NCBI GenBank assembly: GCA_032718475.1
Contig: JAUCBJ010008177.1
Coordinates: forward strand, 1 to 33,290
Length of the DNA stretch: 33,290 nucleotides
Reading direction: 5' to 3'
Source: Nemertoderma westbladi
Taxonomy: Eukaryota; Animalia; Xenacoelomorpha
Part shown: positions 12,310 to 24,330 of the stretch, in pieces
How the letters are laid out: the number at the start of each line of letters is the position of its first letter
How positions within the stretch are numbered: the first letter of the stretch is position 1
Notes under the pieces: generated by a model
The model's database searches: none
What the model was told of the DNA's origin: nothing
What the model saw: only the letters and a program-made list of their open reading frames with translations
Made by a program: the position numbers and the translations under genes

Positions 12310-13075
12310 AACAAGAAAGCCAGCAAGCTGGCTGGAAGGAGCCCGAGGGAAGAATCCTAGCCAAGACTATTACAAATTAACTATGTCAGTCAGCAAGCAG
12401 TAAGTAAACTACACAGTCCTATGTGAATATATAATATAGGTACTCCTGCTAAGTTAGGCGGTAGGCCAGAGCGGGCTCCTTAAATACATGTAACTACTGT
12501 ATTATACACAACTATAAAACATTTTGCAATCCACAGTGAGTAACAACTGCAATAGGACACAACACACTGCTTTGTGTAACTAAAATTCATTCTCCTGATC
12601 CACCACCTAACATAGCAGAGTGAGTAACCTTATTGTAGATCTACCCTTAGGAAGCACTGGGAAAGCAATCAGCTTATGAGGTAATACATTAGAAACCCAC
12701 AGCTTATGTGTGAGTAAACATTGCCTTTCCTTATAGCCTACTAGTAAAACTTGGCAACCAACACGTTTTACTATTGACTGTGTATAACTGACATTATTAA
12801 GCCATATTTCATCGTGAACACCAGCTGTTATTTTACCATTGCTTTTAATTTCGCGACAAAATAATGTCAAAAAACTAAATATATCGAATACCACACAGAA
12901 TCTATCTGAAATTTTGTAACGCGATTATGAACCACCAAAGCAATGTACTTGCAAAATTTCATCAAAATCGCCAGGCAGGAAGTGCCTGAACCAGGATAAT
13001 TATCAGTCAGTCAGTCAGTCAGTGTTATATATCCTGAGATTTTTACAGTAAGTATCCCGCGGTTGAGCGGGCTCC
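12310..13075 (-). mobile_element. Helentron-associated non-autonomous element (HINE/DINE-1-like), composite
   Basis: On the minus strand: TT, subTIR GGAGCCCG overlapping the stem-loop CCCGC-TCAACC-GCGGG, an (ACTG)n microsatellite, then subTIR CGGGCTCC (12338-12345), the hairpin AGCCAGC-TT-GCTGGCT and TTCTTGTT. A second internal 5'-type end lies at about 12468-12478. Confidence 0.7.
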
Positions 13076-13718
13076 AAAAAATACATCTATTTTAATTTTC
13101 TTTTCATTTATGTGCGGAAGTAAGGGAGGGACATAGAATACAAAGGCTATTTATTCTATGTAATAACCAATTTTGCAGAGATGCTATGACGATGCGCACG
13201 CAGACTTATGCCTGAATGAGTATTTGTTTACTCCCGGTTAAAAGGCCATTTGTGCCTCATTATTGGGTTAAAATGTGATAATTGTACAAAGTAATATTAA
13301 TTATATATAATCAATAAAATGTGGTTGCAGTACCATGGGATGGTTACAGTCTGTGGTTTGATGAATGGACGAATGCGAATGGCGAAACACAATTGATGAT
13401 TTTTTTATATTTGTTGTTTGTTATTTTTCCTTTTATATATATTATACAGAAAATGCACCTGGTGTGTCAAGGTTCAGTATATGAGAGGGAACTTTGTAGA
13501 ATACCGTTTAATTAACGGACCAAGTATGTGAATTCCCTTGGGAACAGGACTGGAAAGCTTTCCAAATTAACAATGAACCCAAATCAACATAAATAAAGTC
13601 CCCAGCTTTAACCTGAGTAGTTGATTGATGGTAGTGGTGATATCACTTAGCATTCATGCTCATCTAAGATAGTTTGGTCAACATCTAAAAGTGCAGCAAT
13701 GTCATACTTTCTGTGCCA

Positions 13719-14719
13719 TTAAACCCCGGGTCAATATGAACCCATCTTGTTTTTTTTGTTATAACTCTGAAACAAACGCAGTGGGGGAATCTGAAATTTA
13801 TGAAATTTCCTAAAAATCGATTGTGTTCGTAATAGTGAAAACGGTTTTCAAAAATATTGGGAAGTTTTCGAGTTATAGCACCATTTTTAACCCTACGTTT
13901 GGCACTTTTTTGAGGCGTTTTTGGAAAATTACATTTCATGAAATAGGATTTATAACATCTCTATTTTTTACTTATACCGGTTTATGGGTGTTTACAATTA
14001 AATGGAATTCATATAAATAAATTTAGAAATTTCAAACTTGTTGTGCCAGCACCAAATTTTTTAAAATAAGAAAATTGATCAATAGATAGTATCATCTTGT
14101 TTCTTGCGTAATACGGGTTTATGAGGGTCATGAATCCGATGGAATCAATAAAAACCGCACAAGACATCTCAAACTTGTACTTTTTGTTGATGGTTACAAA
14201 ATTTGGTGCTAGCACCAAAATTTGCCATATTACCCCGAAAATTACGATTAGCAATGATTTGCCAAATTAGAAATGTATTCCATTAGAATCAGCGCCCCAG
14301 AAAACCTAAAAAATGTGAATTTATAGCATTGTGTAAGTGAATTAAAAATTTTGTGTTCAAACTGAAAAGTGCTGGTTACTTGTTTTTTTTCATTTTTCGC
14401 CTACGTAGATGACTAAAACAGCCATTTGTACTAATCAGTTTATATTTATATATTTTCCAATGGATTTTACGTCACAGAAAACCTTTATTGAGAAACAATT
14501 AGCCGAAAATTGTAAATTCAAATTTTATAAAAATTGTTCACTCCTTGTAATTTTGGTGCTGCAAAATAATCACCTCAGTCCTTTTTTCAACTTTTTTTTT
14601 CGTTCGGACGTTTCCGTTAAAATTTAAAGATTTTATTGGGGGGGGGGGGGGGGGGGGGGGTCAATATGACCCCCGGTATTTGTACAACATTTTATATAGC
14701 CCGGTACTAATAGGGTTAA
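13719..14719. mobile_element. piggyBac-like non-autonomous element (~1 kb)
   Basis: Right end CCCGGTACTAATAGGG|TTAA and a shortened left end TTAA|ACCCCGGG. The subterminal imperfect palindrome GGGTCAATATGA(A/C)CC occurs near both ends. The interior is non-coding and AT-rich. Confidence 0.65.
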
Positions 14720-14832
14720 ACTGTTGTATAGGCGATCTTTACCTTAGATTATCTAAACCTAATTCTCATTAGAGGGCTGAATAAATGGTTAACTGTCAGA
14801 TGCCCAGTAGTGACAATTCCCCCAATGCCGAT

Positions 14833-15081
14833 GGGGGGGGGGGGGGGGGGGGGGGGACTGGACGCAATAAAAGTTCATCCCTTTCCAGGGGAAATTTGAC
14901 ACAAATAACAGCAAATTACTCTCAAAAAATAAAACTGTAACCTGTTCTATTGTGTTTAGTTTATTGTTTTGGTTGAAATAACGTGACACTGTGACCTGCT
15001 CCTTTCCCTAAATTGAAAATTTAATTTAATTGAATGTGGTTCGCCAAGCTGGGATTTGCGTCCAGATTTGCCCCCTGTCTC
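14833..15081. mobile_element. Second copy of the 11213-11450 MITE, with the left TIR G-run expanded to G24
   Basis: ACTGGACGCAATAAAA..CCAGGGGAAATT..ATTACTCTCAAAAA..TTTGCGTCCAGATTTGCCCCCTGTCTC is colinear with copy 1. Confidence 0.88.
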
Positions 15082-15087
15082 CTCTAT

Positions 15088-15537
15088 GAGTCACTTCCCC
15101 AATAACTGCACTGGTATGGTCACTATCCCAATAGGACACTTGCCCAATATTTTGAGATTTAGCTTTATTTAATTAAGAACATTAATGGAAAGGAACAGGT
15201 TACAGTGGTGGTATTTTCTAACCAAAACAATAAACTATAAATTATTTCACTTGCGTTCAATTTGTGCTGATGATCACTATTTTCACGTGCGCTTAATGTA
15301 CGCCACTATCTGATGATGTGATGTAAGTAGTAGGCAGAAGGCAGCAGCAGGCAGAATACGTAGGGAATAGAAATTATGGCCTCAAAAAAAAATATTTTTA
15401 ACATAGTCACTTATTCAGTAAGTTGAGTATTGGGCAAGTGACGAATTGGTAAAGTGACCTACTTTCGGTAAAAAATTAAATATATTGGGCAAGTGACCTA
15501 AAATAATTTTTTAATAGGCTAGTGACATATTGGGGAG
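15088..15537. mobile_element. Foldback-type MITE with inverted subterminal repeats CACTTGCCCAATA / TATTGGGCAAGTGAC
   Basis: Three repeats at the left (15089-15150) and several reverse-complement copies at the right (15428-15537). The shared cassette lies in reverse orientation at about 15188-15237. Confidence 0.6.
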
Positions 15538-17117
15538 CAATTTCAATTTATTTATTTCTCTTCCGTCTATATATATTTATGATTGCACTCATAGTAATTA
15601 AAAGTAGAATATTGAATATATATGTACATACTTTTAGAACTTTAGAGCACAATAATAATTATAAGGGTGTTATGTACACTGGGGGGAGCAGTAGCAGTGC
15701 TAGTAGAGCTCCCTCCATATGTACGAGTTGACGGGGGGGGGGGGGGGGGGGGGGGGGGTGTTTATGGAGTGTAATTATTAATAAAATGTCTCTAGGTATT
15801 TTTTAAGATAGGGTCTGAAGGAATATTTTTTTTAATTCATATGAAAACGAGTTTTTTGATTTAGCATTTTTTATATCGCTAGGGAGGGCATTCCATATTT
15901 TAGGGCCAGTGACTTTTAAGGATTTCTGGGTGAGCTGTAGTCTTACACGTGGAACGAAAAAAATTTGTGCAGAAATTGATCTAGTGTTATATCTGTGGAT
16001 GGACGGGGAAGTTTCCTATTGGGGAAGTGTCTGCATCCCGAATAAATGTTTCGAAAAGAAAAGTTGTACGAACTTCTTAGATAACATTAATAACTTAATA
16101 ATTGGTTTTATTAATTAAACTAATTACTCCCAAATTAATAAAGCTCGTTATCGAAATTTGAAAGTGTAATAATATATATGGTTGTATGCCGAGCCCAATC
16201 TACTGCCATGGCTATCTCCAACTGGTTTACAAGTCGACTTGTACACCGTCTTTATTGGTCTGCGGTATTTCCTTTATCTTGGAGTCTTTTGAGGACATTT
16301 AATTATCTGAACTATGCGCATCGCGAATCCCTGCTTTTTGGTATCATTGTCACGGCTTTTCTCGCAACCAAGATAGCATCAACGCAGACAAAAATGTGTC
16401 AATTTCATTCGAGTTTTAAGCCGATTGGTAATGCCTACTTCAACATGACTCACAAAAGCTATGCATATTATGCAGTCGCGCCAAGTTCTCTCGAACTGTA
16501 TTTAGCTCCTTGAAATAGAATCAGCTAGTATTTGGTCAATATAACGTAGGTACAAGAGCAAGAGCAAGACCAGTCAGGTGTCAGTGTGTGGTATTCAATC
16601 TTGTTTTTGGTAAGTAAATGGTGAAAATTGTGTTAAGTGAATCTGGTATGACTGTCCCCCGCACAGTCAACACTTTGGAAACTTTGAAAATTTTAGCCCT
16701 CAAAAACAGTGTATCATGTATATTGGAAAGTTCTTAATTTATCACGTTACCTGATTCAATATGATGACATAAACTTCCCTGATGATGGGTTGAAATGTTT
16801 ACAATACAATATAGACTGTTGCCGAGAACTATCTGGCGAGGTTTTTCAGCGGTAACAAGCGGAGTGATCTTTACTTATTAACAGATTTAATCTGTGGTAC
16901 ATTCCTGAAGATCTTTTGGCTGGTGCATCTACTGGACATGGATGTTTCAAACAGATTTTATTTATGATATTATTATTCATAATCGATGTTTGTATAGCGA
17001 ATTAAACGTTAAATACGATGAATTGTGTCAGTTCTAAGTCATGTGAGTGGTGAATGTGTTGGTTGGCCAAACCAATGTGAACTGAACAGTCCAGCCTTCC
17101 TGCTGTTTATCTGTTAT

Positions 17118-18837
17118 TGTGGGGCGAGCCACGAAAGTAAGCAAGCTTAGCTTAGACTAATAAAGAGGTTGCAACAGATATACTCAATATCCACATTACC
17201 GGCCTTTCCAACCCGAGGCTCTGATTGGCTCAGCGTCTGAGTCAGTCGATTATTGTACAGATACCATCCTGGCCTTTATCTGTAGTTACATGGGGATCTT
17301 ATACATATTGCCTACAGTATATTGCACCTAAGCTCATCGTGTGGTTTAATGGGTGAGATTGTTCCCCTACTTAATGGTTGATTCGGTACCGACCGAATCC
17401 CGAATCTACCATTGTTATTCTTGGGTTGCCAATGTCTGGATTGGTTTCCCTCCTTGGCCGCTTTCTTTATTGTTAAAATTCTACAGTAGCTTTGGTCGCT
17501 ACGGTAACACAAATAGTGACCAGTGTTCCTGAGTGTATGTGCCGTAACGCCGTCGTAGGGAGTCCTGCAATCGCCGGACACCAGAATGTCTGAATTGCGA
17601 TATCGCCACGATTCAGGCAGCTCCACTGCTCCAGCAGCCATATCATGTACGGTACTACGGTCATCTTATTAAACATATGTTTTACAGTATTTAATTGTAT
17701 TTGTATGTATGAAAGAAATCATTTTCAATGTTGTCTTCATTTCCGGTATCTGCTCATGTTTATGTTTGAATTAAAGACTAGGCTGCTCCGTATTGGTACC
17801 CCTAAGTGACGGAGCAATAGGCCTACTGCCTGTGTTGCTGTGCCTACCACCCATAGGGTCGGCAATGGCAACCATGGAAGTTTTGAAATTATGCGGACTT
17901 ATAACAGTATAAGGAATGGTGGAAGTTAAACAGACTGACAGATTATCAGGTTGTACCAGCTGACCTTTATTCCATGTCCGGGTACCCACTACTGCACTAC
18001 TCCAATACCCAGAAACGTATTGAAATTGAAAGGCCATCGACTCTGTCGTTCGCAGTGTCCTTGGCGACCTGGACTTTTTGTTTCGCTACTGCGTTAATGC
18101 TATGGGCAAACTGGTCTAACCGTAGCCGAGAAGCGAGGCCGAAGACTTCAAAATGCATGGAAATTTTTGAGTAGTTTGACTGTGGACTTCTGTGACATTG
18201 ATGCGAAGCTGCCAATGCAAAAGTTTTTTTTAAGTGACTCACTCTGTCCTCACCCGGTGTCCAGCCATGTTGCCCCTGACTTGGTGTCATTATTACTTTG
18301 TGAGAGTATTGGTCACAAAATGATTTCAATAAAAATGAATATCCTAGATAAATCCTAGACCAATAGCTACTTATTGATTTCATGCCTGATTATTGCGACA
18401 CACCCACCCCCCACGGGTGGGTGCAATCGTCGCCCGCGTCCAACCTTCGCCCGCGGGAAATCTTCGCCCGCCCGTGTCCAACCTTCGCCCGATTGGGGGA
18501 ACGGAGCAGGGTACACGTTCGTGGGGTCTTCGCGCAGCACGAAGTGAGCAAAGCCTTAGCATATGGGCACCATTAACGAGTTGTCTGCCGTTAGTCAGCA
18601 CAATACTCGTCCTTCACTTGTGCCTCGTTGCGTTCGTTCGTTTTTGACGAAACTTCAGATTCTTTCTAAACTTTTGACGGACTACATACATCGTTTAATT
18701 TCATCAAGGAATAACCGAGTTATTAGTGATCAAAAAATTACGACGACGACAGACCACGACAGACGACGACGACGACAGACGACTCGCCAATGGCACCCAT
18801 ATGCTAAGGCTTCGCTGACTTCGTGGCTCGCCCCACA
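17118..18837 (+). mobile_element. Possible 1.7-kb element bounded by a perfect 18-bp inverted repeat (HINE-like family of 60-275)
   Basis: TGTGGGGCGAGCCACGAA (17118-17135) and TTCGTGGCTCGCCCCACA (18820-18837), with a CGA/CAGA microsatellite at 18740-18783. The two ends may belong to separate insertions. Confidence 0.45.
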
Positions 18838-18948
18838 GACACGGTAGGTTAGAGAGACGAAAACAAAACAATAAACGAGGTTGTTCACACTCATTTTGAG
18901 GGCGAAGATTGCTCGCGGGTGAAATTTGCTGCCCCCCCCCCCCCCCCC
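18415..18948. mobile_element. MITE with CTTCGCCCG subterminal repeats, split by a foldback insertion
   Basis: Left GGGTGGGTGCAATCGTCGCCCGCG, right CGCGGGTGAAATTTGCTGCCCCC. AATCTTCGCCC and GGGCGAAGATT are inverted. CCCCCCAC on both flanks is a possible 8-bp TSD. Confidence 0.5.
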
Positions 18949-19438
18949 CCCCCCACTAGTTGTTCGTCTCTACTAATATGTATGAAAAAATATAAAATAA
19001 CCAAGTCGTAGCGCAGGCGCACACAGTTGCAATTAATCACCTACAAGCAAACGAGCGACAGATCGGAAAACCAATTTATTCTCATTACTTTGAAGTAAAA
19101 AATAATGAGATAAAATTAATCCCTTGTTAAGTCCACGGCCAGTAATTTAGCTAATATATAATGCATGCTTCTTATAAGAAAGAGTTCATTACTGTATGTT
19201 TAATTTCCTGAAGGTTTCTTGACATAGTTGGTTATTTCCACAGGATAGTTACTGTTTGGTTACTTACGAATGTGGATTAATATAATCGATAAAGTAAGGT
19301 TTAAAGCCGCCAACCGTTATCATGAACAAAATGAAACTGTTATAGATAAATAGATTTAATTATACATTATGCAAAAACAATAACAATACATCATACAATG
19401 TATGTATTGTAGGCATATTGTCCAACATAATAACATAT

Positions 19439-19727
19439 AGGAGAAGATGGGAATGTGGGAAGGTGGATGGGAATGTATAAAGATGGGAATGTGGGAAGAT
19501 GTGAATGTAGGAATATGGGGATGTGGGAAGGTGGATGGGAATGTGGGAATGTGGAGAGATGAGAAGTTGGGTGGGAATGTAGGAATATGTGAATGTGGGG
19601 AAATGGGAATGTAGGAATGTATTGGAACTAAGTTCGCTTTATAAAATTTATTTTGGAACTAAATACGTTTCATTTGGAACTAAGTTCGCCTTTGAAAATG
19701 TGCGATTGGAACGAAGTTCGTGCTACC
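19439..19727 (+). repeat. Degenerate (GGGAATGT)n tract followed by four TTGGAACTAAGTTCG-like repeats (MITE right end, ..TGCTACC)
   Basis: The repeats are read directly. The TE interpretation rests on the subterminal-repeat layout. Confidence 0.6.
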
Positions 19728-22700
19728 TACGGTTCCACTGAGTTCCTTATCACAACTGCTGATCTCTGATTGGTTCTTAATTCATGTAGAATTACATTGC
19801 CAGTGCCGAGACTGTATGGGGTTTGTAATTATGCGGGGGGGGGGGGGGTCTAACATGACAGTAGATGCCTAACTAAGATGCCATAGGAAAACTCTTTGTG
19901 GGAACGGTGAAAGTAGAGTATCACAATGCCAACAATTCTATATCCTGTATTGGGGTAATGAATGAAAAGCACTTGGAACTCTTGTTCGACGATAATGATC
20001 GTGACGTAGGATGCCCCATCGCCTTCTACTAAACTTGTAATTGTGATACGATTGTTCGCGCTTTCAGACCTTTGGCAGTTTAACCCACCAAATTAAGATG
20101 TCTTCTAGATATTAAATCAGTTTTTAGTCTATGACAAGTATTTGATTCACTACACTAGTCGAAACCAATCCGTGCGCGACCATTCACCCGCTGGATATTC
20201 CCGGGAGATTGGGTTCGACGGTTTAATTTTATTGCTATGTAAGCCTAATGTATTATTCGACTGACAGTATTATATAATCTCTGACAATATTATTCACCTT
20301 CGGTAATATTAACAGTTCCTTTAGGACGTGGCGCTTTATCTACATAAACAGAGTTATGACTTAAACTACTCACAACGATATGGCTTAATTATAATTCACA
20401 TATATGGCGCATTCTTTAGGAATGCTTCTTTAACAGACTCACTCATACACAATGCTGCACAATACTGCACACTAATCTGCCAATCTTCACTGATTTTAGT
20501 CACATATAAAAGGAACACAGACTGACTCATGTAGGGTCTATCAAATAACATTAGATTCACTTCAAACCACTTTAACATAAGTCACAATCGTTTATCTGTA
20601 ACCCTTCTCTCTTACCTTCGGTATATCAAGAATATTGGGTTTCGGGGTTATTTATCGTTATTCCAAATATAATTATTCATCAACCATATTATGAAGAACT
20701 GACGGTAAATAGCAGTATAAAACAACAATGAAAACACTGATTGTTATGAGTTTGCAATGTTTCAGCAGTCAGTATGTATGATCAGTTAGCAGTGATTCCA
20801 TGAGTCAGGTAGATTAAAGGATATATGCCCTTTATAATTAAACCTACTAGTGTAAGACTAAAAACTGAAAACACGGAGGTGCCAAAGCCGGTTCTTAGGC
20901 TCTGGGCAAAAACATAACACTGAACTACTGAGTTTCTGTATATACCTCCAACACAAAGACAACAAACGCTCTGATTGGTCAACCTGAACAACGAGAGAAC
21001 AGAGAAACAAAGAAACGTCGACGTGGCAATATCAGCTGCTAGCCGTCGTCATGGTAGCGACACTGTTTTCAAGAGTATCGAGCTTTTACGTCACGGAATT
21101 ACGGATTATGTCCTCTAAAGTACAAATACAGAAGAAATAGCTCTTATGTCCGCTAAAACACCAGTACAGCAAGGACACGGCCTTTTTATGCCTGGTAAAC
21201 CAACTACAGAGTACTTTACGGGAAAAATAAGGAAAAATAACCGGACAATTCAGTAAAAGCTTTTACACCGCTCCCAGAAAATGGGATTTTCAGTCTATAA
21301 AATATAAAAATCACAGTTTCTAAAACATAAAGATACTCTAAACAGTTAGTCTTTCTTACGCAGACGGCGTTTACGCAGTTTTTTGAGGCTAGCAAGAGTC
21401 TTTTTCTCTTTGGGGGGAGCCACTTTACTAGGAGGGCCATAACTCCTGGGTGAAGGGTGCAATATGATTGCATCAGAAGGTGTAGGATTGTGGTCGGGGT
21501 ATCCGCCGTTTCGATATGCTTCTCCTCGAGCTGATTTTCCTCCGCTCGTAGCTGGATACGTTCATCCAAAAACTCTCGCAGAGAATGGGGTTGTCTAAGT
21601 GCGATATCTTCTTAGAGATTCTGGATTTCACAATCGAACTGAGATAAAGACAATTCGTTTATCGATTGGACTTACTGTTATAACTTACGTTTATCTGAAC
21701 AAACGCAGGTTTCTTTTTTGATCTTTATAGAATAGCGTTTAACTCGTTTCGTACAACGCTCTCCTTCACCTTGATGAAGGGTTGTATCGCGTTAAACGGG
21801 ACGACCATACGGTTGGATAATGATATTAGGTGTCTGCGTCATAATCCAGCTAGGTAAGATGGGCGGCTAGCTAGAAATCACTGTCGGAGTGTTACCGATT
21901 AATTGTTAGGGTAGCACTAGATCTTGAACAGTGAATACCGTCCGCGAGGATCCGCGACACCACCAGGATCGCAGGTCTGAGGTCCAACTAAGGAATGAGG
22001 AGGTTTGACCGAGTATTCCGGGACTCTGATCGTAGGTTTACTCTAGGATCGTTAGAGCCGAGTGAGCATAGGTGATACGTCAAACAAGTTTCGCTCGAAA
22101 CTCCAGTAAATATAACGAACACAACTGTGTTTAACACGACGTTTCCGTGGATGTTTATGTCTTTCCGTTTATTGGCTGGGTCTAGGACATTTATCGTAAT
22201 AATACCAAAGACGCACGTCTGGTAGGGGAAACGCGGGTGATATTTATTTGTTGTTACAATGCTTCTATCAAGAATTCCAAATATACGTTGGAGTTACCGC
22301 GTCCATTTGTTTCTTTAGTGTCTTTTCTTTCGAGTCGATTTCGAATAGAATTTTCGCATTCGAATTTCAGTTTATGGTTCCGACTCCGCTGGGCAGGATA
22401 TATAGTCGACATAGTCCGTATTGTGTAAATCGATAGGATGACCAGTAGTTAAGAAGACCATATACGTACCATTACGCTGCGTATATCGAGCAGCGAATTT
22501 TCTATAGTCCAACTCGCGCGAGAGCTGCACTTGGGACATTGTCGGTTCGATATAACGACCATCGTCCTCCGCAGCAGTTGGACTAACGTCGCCGCGTATT
22601 AAGCTATCAACAAACGCTTGTAAAAGTAGAGTATATCGCTCCCCGATACCAAGACCATCTTCTATCAACTCCGTCATATCTGCTATATATGAGTTTATCC

Positions 22701-23504
22701 ATATTATAATGAGTTTATATTTAGGCGAGCGGGCGTCGCTGCCTACCCCAATCAACCCCCGGACAGTACGAGATCCTCAGCGCCGATGTGTCGTCGCCGC
22801 TGTACTTTCGCCAACGACGTAGCCGCACAACGACAACGACAACCGGCACAAGTCACTCAACTGTCCGTCCCAAAGGCTTAGATGTACTTCAGGTTTTCCT
22901 TGGAGAGTTAGGTTACTTTTACGATTGCGACTAGCTACTGTAAACACACCTTAGCAGTAACATTCACCTATAAACTCACAAATACCACACACACAACTTG
23001 TCACAAATTACACACACTCGGGTCACTTGTCCGTTAGTCAATGCCTTCCAGAATGTCACTGTATTATTATGTATCCTTGGATACTATCAGTGCACTATTT
23101 ATTCCCTATGCTATTCAATGGGACAAGCTTTCTATTGTTCTTTTAACTCAATTCTAATTCTAGCGTGGTTGTTGCTATGGTGACATTATGCAAAGCTAGC
23201 GGTAGAATTAGGGTGATTCCAATGCATACAGATCTGGGATGTTATTTAATAGTAATTCTTTAATAGTCAATGTTCTGTTTTATACATGACTTTATGAATT
23301 TTATCGGCTATTGACTATGTTTGGGAGACTTTCACACACTCATACGCATGATAAGATAAATCTCCGCTCCCTTGATCTATTAATTAATGGAATTTTGGGA
23401 ACTTTATAAATTGCGTAAAAATGGCAATTTATTAAATTCATTAAAAGGCATGAATTTAAATTGATTCCCTGAAATTTTATTATTTGATAATTAAATGGAC
23501 ATAT

Positions 23505-23820
23505 TTGGATTCCAGAACATGTCTGGGGACACAAGATCCTTAATTCTATGACAATTGTCTTTTTAAGAATATCGGTAAATACTACGATATCTTAATTGAC
23601 TAGAATTATTGAAGGATCTGAATTTTACAGATTTTGATTTATTAGATTTTGCAAATATTAATTAATTAATATTTGAGATGGGCACCGATTTATTCCAGAA
23701 CTTGTCTGGGGACGTTAACCACTGATTCTAGAATTTGTCTTTCAAGTATATCGGTGGGTGCCGCGATATCTTAATCGACTAGAATTACAGATGGTCAAAG
23801 GGTTTAACAGATTTATTTTG
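23505..23820. repeat. Diverged tandem duplication, period about 183 bp, downstream of the BEL/Pao ORF
   Basis: ATTCCAGAAC.TGTCTGGGGAC..TTGTCTTT..ATATCGGT..CGATATCTTAAT.GACTAGAATTA starts at both 23509 and 23692. Confidence 0.85.
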
Positions 23821-24330
23821 CGTTATACGCTACTGTTAAAGGGACATCACGCTACTATATGTATTATTTAATATACGGTATGAGAGCAATATCGCACGAA
23901 GCAATGTCAGTGTGAAGAGGCAAGTCGTTTCCAAGGTCTACCCAGAGCTTGGTTTAGCCGAGACACGAGGATCTGAACTTTGCATTCCTAATACTCTGCC
24001 TACCAATAATACTTAAATATAGTAGTGGCTTTATTGTACTTTAATAAGTACGGACATTTCATCTTACTGTAGTTACGTATTTATAATAGAATACGAGCAG
24101 TAAGGAAAGAGAAAAATAATTATTTCTCGCCGTCGCACTAAATATAATATAAGTAATTACGTACGTAATAAACACGAATATATTGCACTATTCTACAAAA
24201 TAATCGCTAAATAATATTCTACTAAATTAAATAAAACGATTATAATAAAATTACATAGTAATACATACATAAATATAAAAATAATAATATAATATAAAAT
24301 AATAGAGTCACACACCCACTCCATATGTTG

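Noticed and set aside
13685-14627. AT-rich short ORFs within the piggyBac-like element
   Set aside because: Low-complexity F/I/K/N-rich chance ORFs with no transposase motifs.
16775-16805. Hammerhead-like CTGATGA..GAAA
   Set aside because: No stem II or stem III can form.
17940-18145. GIY-YIG-like words (YQ..IPC / YGQTGLT)
   Set aside because: The spacing is far too long for a Penelope endonuclease and is interrupted by a stop.
20000-24330. 3' LTR and polypurine tract of the BEL/Pao element
   Set aside because: No clear PPT-TG..CA boundary, and the 5' LTR needed for comparison is outside the window.
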